A model generated the notes under the pieces. The model was not told the origin of the DNA. It was given only the letters and a program-made list of their open reading frames with translations, and made no database searches. A stretch of DNA of 63,540 bases, the filler included, from Octopus bimaculoides (lineage: Eukaryota), in assembly GCF_001194135.2 (NCBI RefSeq). It is 5 parts of 4 records of this genome, joined end to end, with 100 filler letters (N's around TTAATTAATTAA, not from the genome) between each part and the next. Parts side by side here need not be neighbours in the genome. Positions count along the whole stretch, not along the records: positions 21,969 to 51,183 come from NC_068988.1; 4 more parts are not named here. One strand, 5' to 3'. Below, piece after piece: positions 24,270-38,820 of the stretch (positions within the stretch are counted from its first letter, which is position 1; each line of letters starts with the position of its first letter). Made by a program: the position numbers and the translations under genes.

Positions 24270-24715
24270 GTGAAGAGAGGTAATAAAATTATAAAGTGAG
24301 TGAAGGATCTGTTTCCCTGTTTGAAAACCGGAATGACAGACTGGGATAAGAGCTGTTTCGGTATATAGCCTGAGTCTAAAGAATTTATCCAGAGTTGGTT
24401 AGAGGGATTTCAAGTTGGTATCAATATTCTTTCAGGAGACTAGTGGGGAATCTATCAGGGCCTACAGCAGAATAGTATTTGATCTCGTTTATTGCTGCTA
24501 TGATGTCTGAAGCAGTAAAGGTTATGTCAGATTATGCGTTGGGAATCGACTTCGTTCACATCACTTACGTCAATATCAGTGTGATCTGTAAAGACAGAAC
24601 AGTATTGTTTCTGCAATACTTCTACCATTTCATTAGCATCATGTTAGAGAATGTCTTATCATCGATCAATGGACCAACAGGTGAGACAGCGGTCCTGTGC
24701 TTATTTGCATATGAA
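24270..24715 (-). mobile_element. LINE ORF2 fragment, same general type as 1-304, degraded
   Basis: EMVEVLQKQYCSVFTD...DITFTASDIIAAINEIKYYSAVGPDRFPTSLLKEY*YQLEIPL...SLDSGYIPKQ...SVIPVFKQGNRS, with frameshifts. Confidence 0.8.
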
Positions 24716-25000
24716 TAGAAGACTTTTGGGTTCGGTTTGATTGTTTTTGATTACTCACTGTTCTTCTGCAGCTCTTTGATTTTCAATGCAGGTTTTCATG
24801 TTGGTCTGCAGATGAAGATTTTCCAACTCAAACCCTTTCATTGTTGTTGAATGTGGATGTTGTATGTGGGAGTATTTTAACTGGTTAATTTTATATAGTC
24901 AATTCAAATAAACAATCAGTTCAAATAAACGATTAAAAATGGACAACATGAGGAAGCACATAAGAAATGTATTAGCTTGACGCTTGGTGAAAGAAGGGAG

Positions 25001-25033
25001 TTTGACGTTTCGAGCATAGCTCTTCGTCGGAAA
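25001..25033 (-). ncRNA. Minimal type-I hammerhead ribozyme motif, family A, core variant U4C (probably inactive)
   Basis: Minus strand UUU CCGACGA A GAGC-UAU-GCUC GAAA C GUC AAA. Flanking sequence is related to the element at 42140-42320. Confidence 0.55.
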
Positions 25034-25419
25034 GTGGAAAGGGAAAAGTCAAAAGAAGGAAAAAAATCGCCCACGGCACACGTGTAGTTACACACACACA
25101 CACACACACACACATTTCATACTCCCACATCCATAAATATAGACCTAAGCAGACATATACGTACGTTTACATAGTTACGTAAATAGACGCACATATACGT
25201 TTACATAGTTACGTAAACAGACGCACATATACGTTTACATAAACTGATGCACACACATAAAAATATATAATAGAAGCATATACTCAGAGACAAGTACGTA
25301 TTGGCGCTATCACAAACGCACAATATATATAGTATATTTCTTTTTTAAGTGATGAATGGCCATTGAATTATATTCATTTGTACAGTCGCAATATCGAAAC
25401 ATCTTTTTCAATTTTTGTC

Positions 25420-25487
25420 ACCAACGTCATCGTCACCATTGTCTCTATCGTTAACGCTATCTCCACCATCAACACCGCCATTATCAA

Positions 25488-25520
<33 letters not shown>

Positions 25521-25682
25521 CAGCACCATCATCATCCTCAGCAACTAACCACCATCAACACCATCATCACCGCCACCACCAACACCACCACTAACAACCA
25601 CAACAACTCGTCAGTTCACCATCACTAACATCATTACTCTTACTACTACTCCCACCACCACTACCACCACCACCACCACTTT

Positions 25683-25764
<82 letters not shown>

Positions 25765-25777
25765 ACTACTACTACTA
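25420..25777. repeat. Mosaic trinucleotide microsatellites (CAC/CAT/CAA/CTA/CTG). Similar mosaics at 13660-13760, 35265-35388, 44218-44380, 45470-45760 and 49965-50020.
   Basis: Read directly. These produce the poly-V/S/T/D/M pseudo-ORFs in the track. Confidence 0.9.
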
Positions 25778-26868
25778 CNNNNNNNNNNNNNNNNNNNNNN
25801 NNNNNNNNNNNNNNNNNNNNNNNNNNNNNNNNNNNNNNNNNNNNNNNNNNNNNNNNNNNNNNNNNNNNNNNNNNNNNNNNNNNNNNNNNNNNNNNNNNNN
25901 NNNNNNNNNNNNNNNNNNNNNNNNNNNNNNNNNNNNNNNNNNNNNNNNNNNNNNNNNNNNNNNNNNNNNNNNNNNNNNNNNNNNNNNNNNNNNNNNNNNN
26001 NNNNNNNNNNNNNNNNNNNNNNNNNNNNNNNNNNNNNNNNNNNNNNNNNNNNNNNNNNNNNNNNNNNNNNNNNNNNNNNNNNNNNNNNNNNNNNNNNNNN
26101 NNNNNNNNNNNNNNNNNNNNNNNNNNNNNNNNNNNNNNNNNNNNNNNNNNNNNNNNNNNNNNNNNNNNNNNNNNNNNNNNNNNNNNNNNNNNNNNNNNNN
26201 NNNNNNNNNNNNNNNNNNNNNNNNNNNNNNNNNNNNNNNNNNNNNNNNNNNNNNNNNNNNNNNNNNNNNNNNNNNNNNNNNNNNNNNNNNNNNNNNNNNN
26301 NNNNNNNNNNNNNNNNNNNNNNNNNNNNNNNNNNNNNNNNNNNNNNNNNNNNNNNNNNNNNNNNNNNNNNNNNNNNNNNNNNNNNNNNNNNNNNNNNNNN
26401 NNNNNNNNNNNNNNNNNNNNNNNNNNNNNNNNNNNNNNNNNNNNNNNNNNNNNNNNNNNNNNNNNNNNNNNNNNNNNNNNNNNNNNNNNNNNNNNNNNNN
26501 NNNNNNNNNNNNNNNNNNNNNNNNNNNNNNNNNNNNNNNNNNNNNNNNNNNNNNNNNNNNNNNNNNNNNNNNNNNNNNNNNNNNNNNNNNNNNNNNNNNN
26601 NNNNNNNNNNNNNNNNNNNNNNNNNNNNNNNNNNNNNNNNNNNNNNNNNNNNNNNNNNNNNNNNNNNNNNNNNNNNNNNNNNNNNNNNNNNNNNNNNNNN
26701 NNNNNNNNNNNNNNNNNNNNNNNNNNNNNNNTCTTACTTCCATCCTTCCACAGACTGCATTCCTCCATCAACCGTTGCCTGTACTAAGTAACCTGGTGTA
26801 GTTTTCCAATAAAAGACAGTAATGATGATCAAAACAAGCTGGTACAATGGTAAATTCTTTATCTCTCA

Positions 26869-26904
<36 letters not shown>

Positions 26905-28017
26905 GACACACACACACACACACTCACATATACATACACACAAACAGACATACACACCTACACGCACACGTTGCAACACATGTTCGACAAAATCACACTG
27001 CACTGTCTTCTTGCATTTGGTATCAAAACGAAATCAAAGCAGAAAAGAAAAGAGAACCATGTATGTATGTATGTATGCATGTATGTATGTATGTATGCAT
27101 ACATGCATGTGTGTCTGTGTGTGTGTGTGTGTGGTTTTTGCACTATCTTTCTCTTTATCTTCCTCTCACTTCNNNNNNNNNNNNNNNNNNNNNNNNNNNN
27201 NNNNNNNNNNNNNNNNNNNNNNNNNNNNNNNNNNNNNNNNNNNNNNNNNNNNNNNNNNNNNNNNNNNNNNNNNNNNNNNNNNNNNNNNNNNNNNNNNNNN
27301 NNNNNNNNNNNNNNNNNNNNNNNNNNNNNNNNNNNNNNNNNNNNNNNNNNNNNNNNNNNNNNNNNNNNNNNNNNNNNNNNNNNNNNNNNNNNNNNNNNNN
27401 NNNNNNNNNNNNNNNNNNNNNNNNNNNNNNNNNNNNNNNNNNNNNNNNNNNNNNNNNNNNNNNNNNNNNNNNNNNNNNNNNNNNNNNNNNNNNNNNNNNN
27501 NNNNNNNNNNNNNNNNNNNNNNNNNNNNNNNNNNNNNNNNNNNNNNNNNNNNNNNNNNNNNNNNNNNNNNNNNNNNNNNNNNNNNNNNNNNNNNNNNNNN
27601 NNNNNNNNNNNNNNNNNNNNNNNNNNNNNNNNNNNNNNNNNNNNNNNNNNNNNNNNNNNNNNNNNNNNNNNNNNNNNNNNNNNNNNNNNNNNNNNNNNNN
27701 NNNNNNNNNNNNNNNNNNNNNNNNNNNNNNNNNNNNNNNNNNNNNNNNNNNNNNNNNNNNNNNNNNNNNNNNNNNNNNNNNNNNNNNNNNNNNNNNNNNN
27801 NNNNNNNNNNNNNNNNNNNNNNNNNNNNNNNNNNNNNNNNNNNNNNNNNNNNNNNNNNNNNNTATATATATATATATATTTATATATGTGTGTATATATA
27901 TATATATATATGCATGTATACACACCTGTGATGAGCTGATTGTTGTCTTACTCATTCCTTTATTCACTCTTATTCACTCTTTGACAATTCCAACACATAC
28001 TAGATTCTCCTTAAAGC

Positions 28018-28062
<45 letters not shown>

Positions 28063-28514
28063 ATGTATATAGGCACAAACATACATATATAAGTCTGTAT
28101 GTCTATATATACGTATAAATTTGTACATCTATACATATACATACACACACATTATATATAAATATATGCACACACACGCACACACATACATACATATATA
28201 TATACAGACATATGTATATAATATACATGCTTGTATAAAACGAGGCAGGGGAAGATGTAGGGGAGGGAATGTTCCTACGGTTTTTTTTTTTACTGCTAAT
28301 AAGCAATATTGTTGATGCAGTGTAAAAATGGCGTCTCTGGACAATTGCGTGAAATGGTTCGCTTCTACGTGAGACCGAAATTATTCATTATATAGATTGG
28401 TATATGTGCGTGTGTGTGTATATGCATGTGTGTGTGGGTGTGTGTGTGTATGTGTGTGCGTGTGTGTGTATGTGTGTGTGTGTGTATGTGTGTGTACATT
28501 TGCATGTGCCTGTT

Positions 28515-28546
<32 letters not shown>

Positions 28547-28713
28547 CGTGTGTGTGTGTGTGTAGGCACATATGCATGTATATAAACACACTCACTCACA
28601 CACGCATATATCGAGAGAGATAGAGAGAGAGAGAGAGAAAGAAACAGAGAGAAAGAGAGAGTGAGAAAGAGAGAGAGAGAAAGAGAGAGAGAGAAAGAAA
28701 GAGAGAGAAAGAG

Positions 28714-28744
<31 letters not shown>

Positions 28745-28788
28745 GAAAGAGAGAGAGAGAAAGAAAGAGAGAGAAAGAGAGAGAGAAG

Positions 28789-28831
<43 letters not shown>

Positions 28832-29107
28832 GCGGCGATTCGAAATGTAGAGAGGAAGCGAATCCTTTCTGTATATTTGTATTGTTTCCATGAATACATT
28901 TTCTTGCATATACATAAATAATNNNNNNNNNNNNNNNNNNNNNNNNNNNNNNNNNNNNNNNNNNNNNNNNNNNNNNNNNNNNNNNNNNNNNNNNNNNNNN
29001 NNNNNNNNNNNNNNNNNNNNNNNNNNNNNNNNNNNNNNNNNNNNNNNNNNNNNNNNNNNNNNNNNNNNNNNNNNNNNNNNNNNNNNNNNNNNNNNNNNNN
29101 NNNNNNN

Positions 29108-29154
<47 letters not shown>

Positions 29155-29789
29155 GTATGCATGTATGCATATGATAAATATATACATGTAAGTATGTATG
29201 TATGTGCGTATGTAATTCATATATGTATGTACGCTTCTGTTTTTAATTATTTAAAATCCTTCGGTTTCTTACAAACATTCAATGCTCCGTCCTTGGAATG
29301 TAGATAACGAAAGCAATGTGCAATGCATATTTCTCAAAATACAACAGAATCGTTGCTCTAATCAAACTCTAAAACAGGGATCGTCAAACAAAAGTTTAGA
29401 ACAACGTCATTTTATTTTAATATTCTGGAAACATACTAAATATTAAAAAAAATGCCTTTTTGGTAAAAAAATTAAAATAACAAATTTCGGTACACATCTG
29501 TATTTCTGAAAACGGTGGATATTGATAGAACACGAGAAGAACTGCCAAGAGAACTATTTTAAATATACGTATACTCACTAAAATAATAATCAAAACTGAT
29601 GTGATCTTTACGTTGAAACTACTTTTCTGCTTATGTGATGATTGAGAAAATATTCTGTAATCTGCATCACCAAGCACGATTTTTCCTGTACTTTTCCTGT
29701 ACTCTCACCTCTTAAAATACATAAACGCTCACGTATATAAACGTATTTCTGATACATATGTTTGTGTGTGTGTGTAACATTGATTTCAA

Positions 29790-30430
<641 letters not shown>

Positions 30431-31122
30431 GTGATTGAATCACATAATGTATATGTNNNNNNNNNNNNNNNNNNNNNNNNNNNNNNNNNNNNNNNNNNNN
30501 NNNNNNNNNNNNNNNNNNNNNNNNNNNNNNNNNNNNNNNNNNNNNNNNNNNNNNNNNNNNNNNNNNNNNNNNNNNNNNNNNNNNNNNNNNNNNNNNNNNN
30601 NNNNNNNNNNNNNNNNNNNNNNNNNNNNNNNNNNNNNNNNNNNNNNNNNNNNNNNNNNNNNNNNNNNNNNNNNNNNNNNNNNNNNNNNNNNNNNNNNNNN
30701 NNNNNNNNNNNNNNNNNNNNNNNNNNNNNNNNNNNNNNNNNNNNNNNNNNNNNNNNNNNNNNNNNNNNNNNNNNNNNNNNNNNNNNNNNNNNNNNNNNNN
30801 NNNNNNNNNNNNNNNNNNNNNNNNNNNNNNNNNNNNNNNNNNNNNNNNNNNNNNNNNNNNNNNNNNNNNNNNNNNNNNNNNNNNNNNNNNNNNNNNNNNN
30901 NNNNNNNNNNNNNNNNNNNNNNNNNNNNNNNNNNNNNNNNNNNNNNNNNNNNNNNNNNNNNNNNNNNNNNNNNNNNNNNNNNNNNNNNNNNNNNNNNNNN
31001 NNNNNNNNNNNNNNNNNNNNNNNNNNNNNNNNNNNNNNNNNNNNNNNNNNNNNNNNNNNNNNNNNNNNNNNNNNNNNNNNNNNNNNNNNNNNNNNNNNNN
31101 NNNNNNNNNNNNNNNNNNNNNN

Positions 31123-31161
<39 letters not shown>

Positions 31162-31799
31162 TTTGTAGAAATCCGGGGGAGTAGCACACTCTAAGATGTA
31201 GAGCGAGGGACTGAGTCTTTTATATTTGAGTTGTCTTTCATCCTGGTCCAACAAACCTTATACTCTAATATGTTTTTAGTTGTACTTTTATTTATATATT
31301 TATTTTTTACCTGAGATATCAAGGAATACATTGGCTAATGTGTCTCTCCTTCTGAAGATGACAAACTGTGATTTGATGCAAATGTGTCTGCAATTACAAC
31401 TTGATAAGGCAACTACGTTAAGTCTGTCTCGTTAACCGAGTAATCCATGAACATTATTATTATTGTTGCTCTTATCTAGCAGATGATGAGCAACATTTCT
31501 CAGATTTCGACTATCTTGCGTTTTATGTTTTTATAGGGGACTATATTAACCAAAGGACTATATATCTAGGACTGTATTAGCCAAAGACAATAACATGTGA
31601 TGAGAGGAAATCTAGCTTATCCAATTTCATCTTCCATTTTAACAACATATGGTGTGATTTGGATGAGGCTTGATAGTAATTTCTTGTTCTTGTAACAGCT
31701 TACATCCTGCCTCATTGGCTTAATAAACAGTAGAGTTCCATACAAATTGTTATCAATGCATGACCAATCGTGTAATTTAGTATAGTATGTTTACTGATA

Positions 31800-32140
31800 T
31801 GTCCTATAGGGTAAAGGGTAAAGACCCCCCTACCTTCCGCCATGAAAGACAATGGGATTGCACCTATAACGTTTTCCTCCAAGGCACTTGTCCGGGCAAG
31901 GTTGTTTATGGAAGATCAGCAGTCGCTATGCATATCAGCCTCCCCTCTCCACGCCACCAATTTATCCAAACGAAAGGCAAAGACCGATACAGCATGACAC
32001 CAGTGACGTCGCTGCTGAGTGAACTGGAGCAACGTGAAATAAAGTGTCTTGCTCAAGAGCTCAACACACAGCCCGGTCTGAGACTCGAACTCACTACCTC
32101 ATGATTGTGTAACCGATGCTCTAACAACTGAACCATGAGC
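31800..32140 (-). mobile_element. SINE family 3
   Basis: Reverse complement matches 13235-13575 (TGTTGAGCTCTTGAGCAAGACACTTTATTTCACGTTGCTCCAGTTCACTCAGC). Confidence 0.75.
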
Positions 32141-32179
32141 TTTCACGTATGTCTTATACAAGTGATTGTATAATAATTT

Positions 32180-32348
32180 TAAGAATCAGTGTGAAATTTT
32201 TAAAATGTAATTTTTATATCAAAAGAAAGTGTGATGGTTCTGCTTATTATTTAACAATCATTGAAATTGAAAAAAATGTGTTGTTCTCTCTTAAATTATG
32301 CAATATATATAAACTTTCAAAGGGGTGTAAGACCTTTGCAAGGCACTG
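32180..32348. mobile_element. Possible Tc1-like right end
   Basis: Ends GGGGTGTAAGACCTTTGCAAGGCACTG|TA, resembling the Tc1 TIR CAGTGCCTTGCAAAAG. No left partner found. Confidence 0.4.
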
Positions 32349-33136
32349 TACATTTGACAAAAGACTGGATGACTACAAAAGAATACCTTTGTGCCGCTCT
32401 GTAATTGAGAAACGACAATAAACTGACGTATATTACCTTCTCTCGTCTTGCATCAACAATCAACATTACATAGGTTTAACTGTGTAGTCTTCTCTACTGG
32501 AAGAAACCTTTGACTTTCACAGACAGGTGTTTATTTTTGTAATTAACTTGGTATCAGTCATTATTAAGTGTATATGTCTATATTTATTTTCATTTGTATT
32601 ATTTATTTTCATTCCTTATTAAGATACAAATTTGCAAGTAATATTTGAAGACGGAGATGTTCGTATATTTCATAAATTTATGTAAGTAATTAAGAAAATG
32701 TTTCCGTATGTGGAATCGTAATAACTGTAGATGTATTTGTGTTGCCCCAGGTATAACTTGATCGAGGAGAATTGTAAAAGCACAAATTATACACGATATG
32801 ATAAACCATAAACGCATTATATAAGTTTGTGTGTTTGTGCGTCTGTGTATGAGTGTCCGTATATGTGTGTGTGTGTATATACATATAAACATAACAAAAG
32901 ATGTCAGTTCGAGTCCCACGGATAGTCTTCGACTATTCTAAGGGGTATTGGACCGAATATTTACAGGATATCTGCTCTATCTGCTTGGAGATCACTGCTC
33001 CAAAAAGAGAATTATTTCATATTCTCTCGAAGTTTATGAAAATGATTATATACAACTTACATACATAAATACATATATATACATGTGTATGTATGTATGT
33101 ATGTATGTATGTATATGTATGTGTGTGTCTGAGTGT

Positions 33137-33171
<35 letters not shown>

Positions 33172-33789
33172 CACACACATAGACATTCTGCCAGCGTTTT
33201 GCTGGTTTACGTATTAAACTGCGGCCATGTGCAGAGCGTTGCCTTTATGGGCATAGCCAATTAAATTGGCACCAGTCATTATTTCATTAACTTTGGAAGG
33301 CTAAAATGGCAAATTAGAGTTAGATTGAGTTTGGTCTTTTAAAGAATATAAACAAATACCACAGGGCATTTGTATTTGTTCACCATTTTCCATTCCTGAT
33401 TTTAAAAATCCCTTTAGCTGTACTGAGTATGAATTAGAAATATTTATTTGTTTACCCCATCAAACCGGCTTGTGGAGGTGTAGCATTCTACTGAACACAA
33501 CTATTGCATAAATTTCAGGAGTTGGATAAAATTCACAAATGCCATGGGGGCAAAATTCAACTGTCATTTCGAAACGGATAATTCTTCCAAAAGTGACAAA
33601 ATATATTCCCTGCCTAATAAATTAAACATGACTCGTGAAAATAATTAATATCTACCGAAGTGAAACGGGAAACTACAGAACGTGAAATCTTGGACATAAA
33701 ACATTCCGTAACTCCCAACTCATCAGACCGCGTTAATATTGAATTTGTACTTTGGCTACACCCTCCTCCTTTTCCAGGAAGCTTATTGA

Positions 33790-34025
33790 GCGAACTTAAG
33801 ATCCAAATATTCTTTTCTACTCTAGGCACAAGGCCCAAAATTTTAGGGGAGGGGGCTAGTCAATTAGTTCAAATCCAGTACGCAACTGCTACATAATTTA
33901 TCGATCCCGAAAGGATGAAAGACAAAGTCGACCTCGGTGGAATTTGAACTCAGAGCGTAAATACAGACAAAATACCGCCATGCATTTCGCCCGGCGTGCT
34001 AACATTTCTGCCAACTCACCGTCTT
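33790..34025 (-). mobile_element. Family-1 SINE, near-complete
   Basis: CTAGGCACAAGGCCCAAAATT...ATCGATCCCGAAAGGATGAAAGACAAAGTCGACCTCGGTGGAATTTGAACTCAGAGCG...CGGCGTGCTAAC. Confidence 0.85.
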
Positions 34026-34450
34026 TAAGATTCAAATATTATCAAGTGAAACATTCAAATAGTACACCTGGATTCCTGGCTTTACTATAATACCATCATT
34101 ATGGAAGACAGGTTGTCCGACGTTTTTCTGCTTAAATTACATAGTCCTATCTTAAAAGTCGACAAATCTGTGCGAATTCTTTGCAAGATATCCACACCGT
34201 CGAAGAGGGGAATCGACGAATGGAAAGCTTTTGCACAAATTTTTGATTCTGTATTAAAGCGATAAAATTTACATGCAGTTGTGTTATGTATTGCGACATT
34301 GACCAATGGACATGATTTTACAGAAAGCAGTGCTAGTAAAACATTCCTCTCAGCCATACACACAAGCTAGCTGACCACATCCGACAAATACATACATACA
34401 TAAATATTTAAAAACGTCAAATATACAAAATTCTAGAAAAATGCAAACGG

Positions 34451-34485
<35 letters not shown>

Positions 34486-34739
34486 TATTTTTTCAAAACA
34501 AGTAAATAAAACAAGTAAATAAAATTCTCTTACCAGCAGATATAAAAAATACGTTATTTTTACTTACAAAACAATTCCCCACAATTCTTTAACAACACAT
34601 TACACCAAAATAATTCGACCATAAAAGCACCATTTATTCGGTTAGAGATACTCATAATAGATATGTTCTAAATTAGTTTTACAGCTTATCCTATTCGTAA
34701 ACAACTTTTCTCAAAACAACATTTATCACCTTATATAAC

Positions 34740-34789
<50 letters not shown>

Positions 34790-35316
34790 CACCTACAGAA
34801 ACATGCCTTGTCACCAACTCATGAACAAATTCATAACACCCTCCCATTACAACCATTATAAGAAATACAAACATCGCATAAAAAAATTTAAACAACTAAA
34901 CAAGGGGCTAAAAGACGGCACCTGATCAATCAGCATGAAACACAAACCGATGAAGAAGCACAAGTACTAGATTACCTACGCAGAGACACACACCAAGAGA
35001 AAGGGATATAAATACAACACTGATACTGAATGGTAACAGTTCTGGTCCAAAGATCGCAGTTGCATTAAACTCGAGCCACGATACAAACTTTCGGTTTCAA
35101 TACAATCATATCCTCTACAACATGTATTTGAGTAGTTCTTTCTCATTTTCCGACATGAATTAACGTACGTATAAAATGTTGTTTTCTACTGAAACTTTAC
35201 GTGTTTCAAAATTCACTTCCGAAAAGGGGGACAAAAATATTTCACTTAACCTCGAAAATTTATAAATCCTCCTCCTCCTCCTCCTCCTCCTCCTCCTCCT
35301 CCTCATCATCATCATT

Positions 35317-35359
<43 letters not shown>

Positions 35360-36230
35360 CCACCACCACCACCACCACCACTACTACTNNNNNNNNNNNN
35401 NNNNNNNNNNNNNNNNNNNNNNNNNNNNNNNNNNNNNNNNNNNNNNNNNNNNNNNNNNNNNNNNNNNNNNNNNNNNNNNNNNNNNNNNNNNNNNNNNNNN
35501 NNNNNNNNNNNNNNNNNNNNNNNNNNNNNNNNNNNNNNNNNNNNNNNNNNNNNNNNNNNNNNNNNNNNNNNNNNNNNNNNNNNNNNNNNNNNNNNNNNNN
35601 NNNNNNNNNNNNNNNNNNNNNNNNNNNNNNNNNNNNNNNNNNNNNNNNNNNNNNNNNNNNNNNNNNNNNNNNNNNNNNNNNNNNNNNNNNNNNNNNNNNN
35701 NNNNNNNNNNNNNNNNNNNNNNNNNNNNNNNNNNNNNNNNNNNNNNNNNNNNNNNNNNNNNNNNNNNNNNNNNNNNNNNNNNNNNNNNNNNNNNNNNNNN
35801 NNNNNNNNNNNNNNNNNNNNNNNNNNNNNNNNNNNNNNNNNNNNNNNNNNNNNNNNNNNNNNNNNNNNNNNNNNNNNNNNNNNNNNNNNNNNNNNNNNNN
35901 NNNNNNNNNNNNNNNNNNNNNNNNNNNNNNNNNNNNNNNNNNNNNNNNNNNNNNNNNNNNNNNNNNNNNNNNNNNNNNNNNNNNNNNNNNNNNNNNNNNN
36001 NNNNNNNNNNNNNNNNNNNNNNNNNNNNNNNNNNNNNNNNNNNNNNNNNNNNNNNNNNNNNNNNNNNNNNNNNNNNNNNNNNNNNNNNNNNNNNNNNNNA
36101 CGGGTGAGGGAAGGGCAAGGAATTCGGTCGATACAACGAAAATGTAATCATAATATATTAAGTTCGCCAAAAAGAAAAAAAAAAGAAATATTCATATATC
36201 CAAGTATACATTAACATAAGCAGGTAAAAT

Positions 36231-36437
36231 AGTAGGGGGTGCTGAAAAGTTCCTGGCTTATAAGAGGCGGATTAGTTAACTGATTTTATTTAACATATCC
36301 CCCTCTGAGATTCACACACTTATAACAGCAGTCCTTCAGTTTTTGTAAGCCCTTTAAAAAAAAACTCGTAAGTTTGGCCCTCCAGCCTGACCTTTTGGGA
36401 TATCTCAAATGTCAGGAGCTTTTCAGACACCCTCTCG
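36231..36437. mobile_element. Mariner-type MITE
   Basis: Imperfect TIRs GGGGGTGCTGAAAAGTTCCTGGC / GTCAGGAGCTTTTCAGACACCCTCTCG. Confidence 0.55.
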
Positions 36438-36454
36438 AAGCAAATAATCCTTTC

Positions 36455-37075
36455 TGTTAAAGGCACAAGGCCAAAATTTTTTGGTGGATGGTACTAGTCG
36501 ATTACATCGATCCAGTGTTTCACTGGTACTTAATTTATCGCCCCCGAAAGGATAAAAGGCTAAATCGACCTCGGCGGAATTTGAACTCAGAACGTAAGGA
36601 CACGAAATACCGCTAAGCATTTCGCTCGGCGTGCTAACGTTTCTACCAGCACGCCGCCTTAAAATAGTATTTTCTATTCTAAGTACAAGGCCCGAAATTA
36701 GATCGATCCCAGTACACAACTGCTACTTAATTTATCGACCCCGAAAGGATGAAAGGCAAAGTCGACCGCGGTGGAATTTGAACTCAAAACGTAAAGACAG
36801 ACGAAATACTGCTAAGAATTTCGACTGGCGTGCTAACGTTTCTTATTTCTTTGTTGTCCACAAGGGGCTAAACATAGAGGGGACAAACAAGGACAGACAA
36901 AGGAATTAAGTCGATTACATCGACCCAAGTGCGTAACTGATACTTCATTTATCGACCCCGAAAAGATAAAAGGCAAAGTCGACCTCGCGGAACTTGAACT
37001 CAGCGCGTAACAGCAGACGAAATACCGCTAAGCATTTCGCCCGGCGTGCTAACGTTTCTGCCAGCTTACCGCCTT
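36455..37075 (-). mobile_element. Three head-to-tail family-1 SINE copies (about 36455-36660, 36675-36845, 36850-37075)
   Basis: Three consecutive same-orientation ATTTATCGACCCCGAAAGGAT.AAAGGC.AAGTCGACC...GAACTCA.AACGTAA...CGAAATAC.GCTAAG...GGCGTGCTAACGTTTC units. Confidence 0.9.
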
Positions 37076-37979
37076 TCTCGAGACATATTGAAAGATATAA
37101 ACATCAATAAGGAATGAAATACCCGTGACACATCCTAGTCACTTTTGCCATCAAGTATGTAGTGTACATGTAGGTTGTATGCTGAAGCCCTGTTCAGAAC
37201 GATGCTATAGTTCACAAACTGGGATGCAAAACGAATTTTTCAAATGCAAAACGAATTTTTCAAATGCAAAACAAAATCGTCATTAAATTGAAATGGTTCT
37301 CAAACAACACTTAAAAGAGTGAACTGTACCTGTTTCTATAATTGGCATCGAATATCAATTATAGAAGTAACAGTTNNNNNNNNNNNNNNNNNNNNNNNNN
37401 NNNNNNNNNNNNNNNNNNNNNNNNNNNNNNNNNNNNNNNNNNNNNNNNNNNNNNNNNNNNNNNNNNNNNNNNNNNNNNNNNNNNNNNNNNNNNNNNNNNN
37501 NNNNNNNNNNNNNNNNNNNNNNNNNNNNNNNNNNNNNNNNNNNNNNNNNNNNNNNNNNNNNNNNNNNNNNNNNNNNNNNNNNNNNNNNNNNNNNNNNNNN
37601 NNNNNNNNNNNNNNNNNNNNNNNNNNNNNNNNNNNNNNNNNNNNNNNNNNNNNNNNNNNNNNNNNNNNNNNNNNNNNNNNNNNNNNNNNNNNNNNNNNNN
37701 NNNNNNNNNNNNNNNNNNNNNNNNNNNNNNNNNNNNNNNNNNNNNNNNNNNNNNNNNNNNNNNNNNNNNNNNNNNNNNNNNNNNNNNNNNNNNNNNNNNN
37801 NNNNNNNNNNNNNNNNNNNNNNNNNNNNNNNNNNNNNNNNNNNNNNNNNNNNNNNNNNNNNNNNNNNNNNNNNNNNNNNNNNNNNNNNNNNNNNNNNNNN
37901 NNNNNNNNNNNNNNNNNNNNNNNNNNNNNNNNNNNNNNNNNNNNNNNNNNNNNNNNNNNNNNNNNNNNNNNNTATATAT

Positions 37980-38050
<71 letters not shown>

Positions 38051-38524
38051 TGTAGACACACATATATACACACACATACAAATATATATACACGCATGCA
38101 TCTATCCGCCAACCTATCCAGTCATCCATCCATCCATCCACCCAGACATCTGTCCATCCATCCATATAGCCAAAAATACATACATACATACATTCAGCTT
38201 AATATCACTAATATTTTCCAACTCCTAAGAAGATTCAACTTTACTAATACTAAAAAGACACAAGGAACTATTAAAAACACATATAAAATCAAATATAAGA
38301 ATACACAGCTATTTTCCAGACATTGCATTATGAAAAGGGACAAGAGGATTTGATAACGATTAAATTTAATTCTTTTATAATACTGTGCACAAGAATTGCG
38401 TTTTTATTTGAATCAATTTTTAAAACAGTAAACACTATCTTGTTTAATATTTCTTCCCTTTATGGATACAAATATACATACATGCATGAATATATACATA
38501 CATACGTACACACACATAATCATC

Positions 38525-38573
<49 letters not shown>

Positions 38574-38787
38574 AATTTCACATGGAAAAATCGTGTTTGC
38601 ATGTATGTATTATAATGTGTACGTACGAATCTATGGTCGTATGTATTTGCAGGTGTATACTTGTGCATCGCGTGTCTATGTAACGATATATTTCAAACTG
38701 AGAGTGTATATACACACACACACACACACACATAGGTAGACATCTATCTAGCTATCTATCGCTATGCATATGTATATATATATATGT

Positions 38788-38820
<33 letters not shown>

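Noticed and set aside
33510-33640. tttcag|G...TNAMGAKF as PSPH exon 2
   Set aside because: Spacing from the acceptor to AMG is wrong, nothing downstream resembles PSPH, and there is no suitable donor before the stop.
36455-37075. CRISPR-like repeat-spacer array
   Set aside because: Units are ~200-bp diverged SINE copies in eukaryotic DNA, with no short constant repeats, unique spacers or cas genes.
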